This document shows, piece by piece, positions 43,119-53,300 of a DNA stretch of 64,000 nt. The notes under the pieces were generated by a model, which saw only the letters and a program-made list of their open reading frames with translations, was not told the DNA's origin and made no database searches. Both the position numbers and the translations under genes were made by a program. Every line of letters begins with the position of its first letter. Positions within the stretch are counted from its first letter, which is position 1. The DNA comes from a virus, in IMG/VR virus record IMGVR_UViG_3300027749_000089, positions 1-64,000 of that record. One strand, 5' to 3'.

Positions 43119-43334
43119 ATGTCTCAAAATAAACCATTTAGCTTAGAGTATGTTGTTGGCATTACTGTTAAACATATGCTTAAAAGTATTGATATTAGTA
43201 TTAATAAAACATTCGAACGAACGAAAGATGACACATTGACTCCAGATAAAAAATCTGAAGCTTTCGAAACACTCTCAATTTTACATCAAATGCGAGCACA
43301 ACTAGATGAACGCAAGATTAATCAAGGTAAGTAA
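43119..43334 (+). CDS. Hypothetical protein
   Basis: 71 aa between the tail tube and chaperone genes. Confidence 0.65.
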   Translation: MSQNKPFSLEYVVGITVKHMLKSIDISINKTFERTKDDTLTPDKKSEAFETLSILHQMRAQLDERKINQGK

Positions 43335-43335
43335 C

Positions 43336-43653
43336 ATGTCAGAAGCAAAAGGTATTAAAGCTCTAGTCGGCCAACGTATGACTAAAACAGTTAAATTCTT
43401 AACAGGTGATGTTAAGATTTCTAAGTTAACTGTATCTGAAGTTTTAGAAATTCAAAACAAAGCAAAAGACGCTGATAAAGACGAAAATGCAGGTTTAGAA
43501 TTACTTAAAACGGTTATTCGTATGGGTGTTGAAGGTGGTCAAGAATTAGATGATACAGATTTTGATAACTTCCCTATGGAAGAATTATCTAAACTATCAA
43601 ATGAAATTATGAAATATTCAGGCTTAGGTCAAGATTCGGGAAAGTCTGCTTAG
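43336..43653 (+). CDS. Tail assembly chaperone (lambda gpG-like)
   Basis: Position; ends D-S-G-K-S-A over the slippery heptamer GGGAAAG. Confidence 0.8.
   Translation: MSEAKGIKALVGQRMTKTVKFLTGDVKISKLTVSEVLEIQNKAKDADKDENAGLELLKTVIRMGVEGGQELDDTDFDNFPMEELSKLSNEIMKYSGLGQDSGKSA
43638..43644 (+). other. Programmed -1 ribosomal frameshift site G GGA AAG
   Basis: Same heptamer as lambda G/T, in X XXY YYZ phase. The -1 frame is open and continuous into ORF 43698-43991. Confidence 0.85.
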
Positions 43654-43991
43654 ACTCGGAGACACTTCCAATATTTGAATTAGCATTTCATCTTAAGATG
43701 CCTGTGTATAAAATATACGAAGAGATGACTTATGAGGAATTGCTAGGTTGGTTTAGTTATTTAGAACAAAGACCAATCGAATGGCGTTCCGATGATCGCG
43801 CAGCTAAATTAATTCAAGTACAGGGTGTCAAAGAGAAGCCTTGGCAACTTTTTACTTCATTAGATGCTATTTACAATCCAAAATCTAATAATAATAATGA
43901 TGGTCTTTTTGATCAAAGTAATTTTAAACGCTCAGGCTTCTTCCTAAAATTAGCTGGAGCCAAAGACGGTGACAACATTTTTGGAGAATAA
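43638..43991 (+). CDS. Frameshift extension of the tail assembly chaperone (gpGT-like C-terminus)
   Basis: -1 frame reads GKVCLDSETLPIFELAFHLKMPVYKIYEEMTYEELLGWFSYL... Confidence 0.8.
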   Translation, partial: GKVCLDSETLPIFELAFHLKMPVYKIYEEMTYEELLGWFSYLEQRPIEWRSDDRAAKLIQVQGVKEKPWQLFTSLDAIYNPKSNNNNDGLFDQSNFKRSGFFLKLAGAKDGDNIFGE

Positions 43992-44297
43992 ATGTCTGTT
44001 AAAATAAATATAGATATTAATGCTGAATTTAAAAAACGTGTTGATAGAATAAAAGACAATAAACTCGAAAACATTTTAACTGCACTAAAAGAAGCAACAC
44101 CAGTTGACACGGGTAGAGCGCGAGACGGTTGGGAATTAAAACCTGGCAAAATAATTAATAATGTCGAATATATCGATGACTTAAATGCCGGTCACAGTAA
44201 ACAAGCACCATCGCATTTTATTGAAAAAACTTTACTATCATTTAAAGATGTAAAGTCAAATGGTGTTATTGTAACACATACCCCTGAAGAATCTTAA
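43992..44297 (+). CDS. HK97 gp10-like tail/neck component
   Basis: TPVDTGRARDGW...NNVEYI..LNAGHSKQAP. Confidence 0.8.
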   Translation: MSVKINIDINAEFKKRVDRIKDNKLENILTALKEATPVDTGRARDGWELKPGKIINNVEYIDDLNAGHSKQAPSHFIEKTLLSFKDVKSNGVIVTHTPEES

Positions 44298-44317
44298 AGA
44301 TTCCTTAGGGGTTTTTT
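44281..44317 (+). terminator. Terminator/attenuator just before the tape measure gene
   Basis: CCCCTGAAGAATC...GATTCCTTAGGGG followed by TTTTTT. Confidence 0.6.
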
Positions 44318-44333
44318 ATAGGAGAGTAAAAAG

Positions 44334-47300
44334 ATGTCAGGCATTGTCATTGATGTCGAAGCTAAGATTGATAAAGCGCAGCGTGATCTAAATACATTAA
44401 ATAATTCAGTTAAAAATATTGAAAAAAGTACTAGCTCGGTGGCTAATGCCTTTGATGGTCTTATAGCTTCAGTCGGTAGTTTAACAGCGTTAGGTAGTTC
44501 GTTATATTTTATGCAAGATATAGCCACTTCTTATCGCAATATGGAAAACCAAATAAAATTGGTTACAAATAGTACAGAGGCTTTCACTAAAACGCAAGAA
44601 GAGCTCTACAACATAACCAAAGAAACACATAGCGAATTGAAAAATAGTGTTTCTATTTACTCAACATTAGGCAAGTCGCTAAGCCAAGCTGGAATTTCAT
44701 CTGAAAGATTAGTCAGTGCTACTAAAACTATACAACAGTCTATGAGTATTTCAGGTGCATCTGCTGAGTCGGCTAATGCAGCTATTATGCAGTTAGGCCA
44801 AGGGCTGTCTTCAGGTGCATTACGTGGTGAAGAATTAAACTCAGTGATGGAACAAGCTCCACGATTAGCACAAGCGTTGGCTGACGAATTACACGCCAGC
44901 TTAGGGGAAATGCGTACTCTTGCTGCAGAAGGCAAGCTCACTACCAATGTTGTATTTAAAGCATTAGAAAACCAAGCAGGAAAAATTAATGATCAATTTT
45001 CTAAATTAAAACCTACATTAGCGCAAGGCACACAAGCTTTGAGTCAGAGCCTTAAAAATTATTTTTATGAATTTGACAAAGGATTAGGCTTAACAGATCT
45101 AATGGGTGTGAGAAATGCCAAACTTGCTGATAAAATTGATGAAGCTGCTAAAAAAGCCTTTATATTAGGTAATAATATCGCTATAGTTGCATTAAAGTAT
45201 AAGAATATTTTTGATTATGCACAGAGACCTCTTAGATTACAAGCTGAAATAAATTTTGAAAAATTTAAAATAAGCTTAGAGCAATTAGGCATAACAGCCG
45301 CATTTGAGCATCTTGGAAAAAATCTTGAAGTTTTATTAAATAATATTTTCAATGGGCTACTTGATAGATTTCAAGCACGTAATAAGGGGATAGGCAGTAT
45401 AATTAGTGCATCCGTTTTAGATACTTTTCATGATGCAATGAATTTACAAGCATTAGAAATGGATAGTATCCTTAATAAGCTAACTAGAAGTATTTTTAAT
45501 TTTGTTAGAAATATTAATGCTACCGTCACTGAGTTGAAGTTAAAACCTCTTTTATTTATTGATGACCTTTTTAATAATATCCTTCGAGGTTCACAAAATT
45601 TAGATTTTGCATTAACAGCTATAACTCGATTCGGTAAAGATGTTATTCATGTATTCTTTAATATTTACGATAAAGTGATTGGAAATTCGTGGTGGACAGA
45701 CACTATTAATACAGTTATAAATACGTCTGATTCATTATGGTCTAATGCTAAAAATGGCTTAACTAAGTTTTCAAAAGGCGTCCAAAATATTTTTGAAGGT
45801 TTATATAATGATGTAGTAGACATTGTTGACAGCTTTGGTAGTTTTGATATTAAAACAATAAAAATAGCTATAGTAGTAAGCCGTGTTGAAGAGTTTGGAA
45901 GAGATATTTATACAAGTTTAGTTTCAGGCATTACTAAATTTAGTAAAGAATCGCCTATGCTATTTCAATCAATAGCAGCAGGGTTAGGCGCAATTCTAGT
46001 TAGTATGATGTTTCCTGTATCACGTATCACCCTTGCATTAGAAGCTGCTTTAACAACTTCTGCTTTAAAATCAGGTGCCATTTTTAGTGAATCAATAGGA
46101 AAAGATTTTTTAGATGAAAGTTTATTTTTATCAATAGGTAAGAAACTTGGAGAACTTACTGGCAAGCTAGTTGATAACTTTATAAAACAAATACCAAACT
46201 TGATATCAGCTCTCTTAGGTGTAATAAGCGGGTTTACACGAGGTTTTTTAGAACAAATACCAATAATTGGATTAGCTTTTAAAGCATTATTTAAAATTGG
46301 TGATTTAACTGAAACCAGCGGGCCATTAGGCCTAGTTGGGGGTTTGTTACTAGGGACTATGGGCCTGAAACTTCTTTCCTCTATAGGTATATTTAGCGAC
46401 CAAATTGAAGGTATTTTTGTAGTTGCTAGAAGAGTAGCTATGTTCTTTGCCGGGCGCGGTGGCCTAATGTCGATGTTGCTCTTTGGAGGTAATAGAGCAT
46501 TCTTTACAATTGGTTGGGCAGGTCTTATATTAGATCAGATGGGCGCATTTGACAGTCTTTTTGAAAATTCAGGGCTAATGCACTTAGCCATAAAAGGTGG
46601 ATTGCTTGCAATGGCTTTGTTTGGAATTAATGGTCTTCGCGCTATTCGTGCTGAAATCATTATTCCAATATTACAAAGTTTTCGTGCGTTAATAACAAGC
46701 TTTAGTTGGGGCACATCATTACTTTCTGGCCTAGAAGCGGCTATTGCGGGGAGTGGCAGAGGGTTATTAATGCGATTTGTTGGAATGTTAGCAGCTATGC
46801 GTCGAGGTATGACTGATAGACTATTTGCTATGACATCTGGACAATCTATTATTGAAGCATTAATTTTTGGATCAGCTGGGCCAATAGGTCTTATTGGAAG
46901 TTGGTATTCAAGTATTGTAGGTTTCTTTTCGCGTATAGGCGGCTTAAGTATATTTAACGGAATTGGACCGGCACTTGCTTCAGTTAGCGCATCTATGGCA
47001 ACATTACGCGCATCTGCAGGCGCTACAGGAATCCTCAGTAGATTTCTATTTGGCCCAGCAGGTATTGCAGTCGTATTAGCCGCTATTAGTATGTTTGTAA
47101 GCTCTGTTAATGCAGCTGAAATTGAACTTGGTGGTGATAAACGACAAAAGAAATCCTGGTTTGAAGAATTAAAAGATTCTATATCTTCATTCAATATTTC
47201 TAAATTATTCACTGGAAATCCTTTTCAACCATTAGTTGATTTTTGGAATGATATAGATATTGTAAACACCATATCACAGAATGTTGGGACAGTGATAAGC

Positions 47301-50300
47301 ACTACAACTGCTTCTGTAGGCTTCTTCCTATTTGTATTTAAATCGCAAGTAGCTCAGCTGCTTTCTGTACTATTTTCAGCTGTCAATTTGTCAAGGGTAG
47401 CTATAGCAACTTCACAAGCCGTATCTCTTATTGGAATTGCTGCTTCACAAATTAAAGGTTTTATATATTCCATTGGCGCTGCAATTACCAGTCTTAATTA
47501 TGTAGCAATGTTTTCTTCTTTATCAGGAGGACTAGCTACATTTATTCTTAGCATGCGAGGTATTCTTCTTAGCGGCATGGGAGCTATGGCAGGCGCAATG
47601 GCTGCAAATCTTGTAGGCGGCTCTGATTGGGCAGCTTTAGGTGCAATGATCGGTGCGATGATTGGCTTGAAAATTTCAGAAGCAATTGGAAGAGCAATAT
47701 TAACACAAGCCGGCTTAATAATTGCAAGAGCAATTGCAGTAGTTATAGGTGGCTTGATTGCACTTGCTATTCCTATAGGTCTTATAGGTCTTTGGTTGTT
47801 TGGCGATAAACAGGATTTGGGCAAAGATTTAGATGATGTAATTGACAAAGTTAAAGAACTGATGGGCATGGGTTCGCCCACTAAGAATCTAACTACAGGC
47901 TTATCTAAAGAAGCGCAAGCAACAGCAGAAAAAATCGGTTTAAGCATTACGTATGATTTAAAAAAGATAAATCCTGATTTATTAAGTAAAACTGATAAAG
48001 ATCGATTAGATGAGTCTATTAAGAGTTTAGATGAAGTTTTAGTAAATGGTGGAAAAGATCTTGAAGCGGGGATAGCATTAAGTGGTTCTCAACTTGGTGA
48101 AATACAATTAAAACAATTACGTACATCCAACATTGCTAATAAAGATGCTGCCAAAACAACATTTGAATTAAAGGATTTTGCTGACAGCGTATTAAGCGCT
48201 AATACAAGTAAGCCGCAAGATCGTTTTGATGTTGGGTTAAATTGGATTAAACAAGCTAGTTTAGATCTTAAATATAATATTGAGCATGCAATCCTTTCGG
48301 CTAAGGTGAAGTATCCTGTGTTCAAATCAGAGGATCCACTTAAAAATAGATTAATGCTAAATAATCTAGAAGAATCTAGAAAATATAAGTATACTGCAGG
48401 CGCTAAAGAACTGACAGATAGAGAGTTTTATATGGGGCGAGGCATTCAAAGCCTTGCATTGAATGGACCAGAAGGCCCAAAAATTAAAGAGCAGATGACT
48501 CTTGAAGCAGCAAAGTATACTGAAATTATTAAAAAGTTAAATGACGAGTCTTCAGCTTATACTGCAGCTGACCGTACAATGATGGAAGAGTATAGAAATT
48601 CATCAATGACACGTATGGAAACTTTATTAAAACAACAACAATACTTTCAAAAAGAATCTGCATCTATTGCTAAGTTTAATGCAGAATTAGGAAATCTTGC
48701 AAGTAACTTTAATACTAAAAACTTTGAATTCAAATTAGATACAAATAAATTATTTGCGCAAGATCAAGAAGCATACGATAGACTATTTTCTTTGAGCAAA
48801 GAAGCTAAGAAGCTGGGTGAAGAGTTAGAGAAAACTTCTGATATAAGCAAACGTAATTCTATTATATTGCGTATTGAAGAAATTAGAACAGTCACTACAC
48901 GTCAAGTAGAACAAGCAAATAACCTTAGAAACAGAGCACAATTTGAATTAAAATCGATTGGTGAAAAAGCTGGTGTTAAAGTCCCTAGCGCGTCTGAATA
49001 CTTGCCGACCACTGCTGCAGAAGAATTTAGAACTCGTCTGCAATCCTTACAAGCTAGACGTGAAAATATTAAGACCAAGCCTGCTGCTCCAGCAATGTAT
49101 GCCTTGGGAGATATTCCTAAAGATAGTAAGGAATACACTGCATACATAGACGATTTCAATAAACGTAATGAAGCGTTTAAGAAAGCGGAAATAAATTTTA
49201 AAACAGAATCTGATGCAATTAATACCGAAAGTATTAAAATTCAAAATGATATTATTGAATCTTTAAAGACAAATTCAGATACTAAAGCACAATTCTTAAA
49301 AGATGCTGCTGAATCAGTTAATATAGACTTATTGCAATCTATTTCAGATTTCGGACTAGAGCAGGCTACTGATGCTATTATAAAGATTGCTGCTAAATCA
49401 AATGAAGTATCCGATGCATTAGCTAATAAAGATTGGGGACTGGCGGCTAAGCTTAATGAAGAAATGAAATCAATGAAGTTAAGTATTGATCATATCGATC
49501 CTAAACCTCTTGAAGATCTTTTATCCGTTCTTAATGTTACGGCTTCTAAGCGTGATATTTTAGGCTTTAGTAAAACATCTTTTGATCTATTCAAAGAAGC
49601 TGGAAAGAGCGTTCAAGAATTTGATAGAGCAATTAAAGCAGGTCAAGATACATTATCTCAAGATAGTCTTAATGATTTATTGTCAAAAAGGTTAATGGCT
49701 ACTGAAGCGGCATTTAATGAAATGCTTAAGTATGCTAATACTACTGGCGAAAAAATGTCTCAATCATTTGCTGATATCGGTGTACAAGATGTCGGAGGTT
49801 TAAGTAATGTTTCAGAAGGCGCTTTAAAACGCTTATTAAGTTTACAAACTATGTTGGCTAAATTAAAGCATGATGCTGAAAAACCAATGAATTTATCTGA
49901 GTATAAGGAATATCTTAAAAACCTTAATTTAGTAAATGCTGCATTAATAAAAGCTAAGAGTGTTTTGGCAACGTTTAGTGAAAAAGCTAATACATTTAGA
50001 GAAATATTTAAAGTTGATTTAACAGATTTAGATATTGCGTCAATGGCTGATGGATTAGGCATGCGTCTTGTTGAAGTTGCACAAACTGCAAAAGCAGCAT
50101 TAGAATCAGCAATGAAATCAGATGGTGGAATATTTAGTGATTCTACAAAACAATTAGCGGAAAATTTAAAAGATATTTCTGATATTGGTCCATATATAAA
50201 GTTTTTTAATGATTTTAAAAACAATACTGAAGACTCTTTAACAGACGGCATTAAAACATCATTTGAAAAAGTAAAAGCTGCATTACCTAATTTTGGATTG

Positions 50301-53300
50301 GACTTTAAACAATTTGGAATGTTAAATAAAGCTGATCGTACAACATACACTAAGCAAGCATTAGAGTCGAGTACATTAGATGCTATTTTTACACTTAATA
50401 ATTTAACACAAGATCAAGCTGATATTATTAATAAGCTAGGTTCTGGAATGCCTTTTGACGCTATGATGACCGATTTAGAAAAGTCATTTAGTGAAACTCA
50501 AACAAAAGCTTTTGATAAATTTAAATCTACGCCAATTGATAGTTTAAACACCAATCTTGTAGATTTAAAAGATACTATTATAGCGGATATTGCTTCTAGA
50601 ACAATTAAAACAAATGAGGTTGTTAAAACAGTTGAAGAATCTAAACCTAATACTAATTCGGTATTACGGACAGATTATAAACCGTTGGCTAGTTTTTCAA
50701 AAGATACTCCTGATCTGTTAAATACATTAGTTAGCCAAACAGTGGCTAAATATCCTACAATTAATCCTAATTTGATTAAAGGAGTTATTGCGCATGAGTC
50801 AGCAGGCAGAAATGTTCCTACAGGTATCTTAAATAAAGAAGGTAAACCGGCTAGTACAGCATTCGGTGTAGGTCAGTTCTTAAAAGGTACAGCTGCAGAC
50901 TTAGGTATTGACAGAACCAATATAGAGTCTTCTATAATGGGAATTGGTAAATATTTATCTATATTAGGAAAAGCTTTTGGTGGTAACGAATTCAAAATGC
51001 TAGCAGGATATGCAGCAGGAGAAGGTGGTGCTAAGAAAGGCAAAGGGCAACAATCAGCTAAAGAAGTATTGGCATTAGTTGAAAAGATCAAACAAGACCC
51101 TAATATTGAAAAACAAATTAATGCCAACTTATTAGGCACTAGAGATGTTAGCGATACTATAAAGGCAGCTGCGGCTAACAATGCAAAGATAATTGTTGAT
51201 GCTGTTGCAGCGCCTGTAACATATGAAAAACCTAAGAGCGGTGAAATAGATCCAAGAGCGAAAGCTGAAGCGTTTTATACTCAGAAAATAAGAGGCATAG
51301 ATAAGCCATTTGATACTTATAAGCAAATCTTAGAAGGTAATCAATATGGCAGAATGCTTAGTACTCCTAAAGAGATGTTAGGTAAAAGTCTATCACCTGA
51401 AACTTTAGGAATGCTATCTGATATTCAGACTAAATTTGCTACGGGGATTAATGAAGCATTATTACAAGCACAGCAAGAGTTTAATATTGCGCTAGCTACT
51501 GGCACTGATACAACAACTGCACAAGAGAATATTACTAAGTATTCTGAAGCGTTAAAATCATTTTCAGATGGTGTAGCAGCTGATGCTAAATCTATTGAAT
51601 TGTCAAATATGCAGGCATTTAGTTCAGCTAACCAAAATGATATTACAGCATTTGCTGAAAAGTTTGGTGGGTTAGGTAGTGATGTATCTGCAGCAATGAC
51701 TGAAATGGAAAAGAAAACATTCAATTCTATGCTTATTATGAAAGCTTCTTTGAATGCTGAATTAATAGAAAAGAAAAAGAATAGCGAAACTACTACAGAA
51801 GTTGCTAGGAAAATAGCAGATCTTACTGATGCTGAAAATGAACTTAAAGATAAAACTGTAGAAATGGCAAATGCCGCACGAGAAGCTGGTAAAACTTTTG
51901 CATCAAGCATTACATCATCATTTAAAGATGCATTTAAAGGTTTATTAAATCAGAATAAAGATCAACGTAAATCTGTACTTGGTACCTTTGGTAGCAAATT
52001 AATGGTTGATATTAAAGACCAAGTAGTTAATATGTTTACTGATTCATTTACTAATACTATTGGTCTAGGCAAGGGTGGTGTATTATCTAAAGTATTTAAT
52101 AATGCAGGTAAAGGTATCTCATCTATGTTTAGCGGTATCGGTTCTGGTGTTAAAAATATCTTCACAGGTAATATGACTTGGGATAAAATGACTACTGGCA
52201 TTAGTAGTTGGTGGAATGGTATGACCAGTTCTACTGATATTTCTAATATGTCACCTGAAGAAATTCAAATGTCTGCCGCTGAGAAGTTCTCTGCAGCTGT
52301 TGATAAATTTGCTGGTGGCGGTGGTGTTGTAGGCAATGTGGCAAAAGCAGCTACCAGTGGAGGCATTGGTGATATGATATCAAGCGCTCTACCGTGGCTA
52401 GCAGGCGGTGCAGGCGTAGTTGGTCTTGGTGCGTTATTATCAGGTAGCGGAAAAGGCAGCTGGACAGAAGGCATATCAAGTCTTGGCTCTAACTTTGGAG
52501 CTAAATTTGGAGGAGGGACTTCTGATAATGGCAACCCTACTGAATTATTAAATCCAGTTACGGGAGCATTTGACAAAGTAGGCTCATCTATAGCAGATGC
52601 AACAGCTGGCATCAGACAAATGACTTCTCCAGATACTACTACAGCGCTAGGAGATGTCTCTACAAAATCTATTACTCAATTAGGACAGTCTATGCAAAAT
52701 AGTTTGCCTGCAGCTGAAGTAACTGGATTATGGAATATATTATTATTACCAATCACAGGCCTTTTTAAATTGATTTCCGCTGGAATAACGGGCCTTATGA
52801 GTTTATTTGGAGGTAATCCAGGTGATTCGGGAGCAGCCAATGGAACTAATGTAAGTTCAAATAACGATTTTGTTGGTCCAGTAAAGGCCGCTACTGGCGG
52901 TAAGATTACAGGTGCAGGTACTGGTACATCTGATTCTATACCAACTATGTTATCTAATGGTGAATTCATTATTAATGCCAAAGATGCTAAAGAAAATATG
53001 GCGTTATTAGAATCAGTTAATAATGGAAAAGTTATCAGAAGAGCTGCCGGTGGTATTATTGGCGGTGCAATAGGTGTTGGATCTTCTGTCAACTCTATGA
53101 TGGGCGGTTCGCCTGATCTTTCTAAAGCTATGAATATTGCGGGCGCATTAGGTAATTTATTAAACTTATTTAAAACAGATCCCAATGATAAACTATTAGC
53201 TGCAGCAGAACACTTAGAAGCGGCTGCAACAGCATTAGAAGCTGCAGTAGCCGCAGGAGGATTAGGCGGTGGTGTAGGCGGTGGTGCAAATGCAATTAAT

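Noticed and set aside
44657-53185. Numerous minus-strand ORFs, here and opposite other long genes
   Set aside because: They are antisense shadows of long + strand genes, with no RBS and no recognisable motifs.
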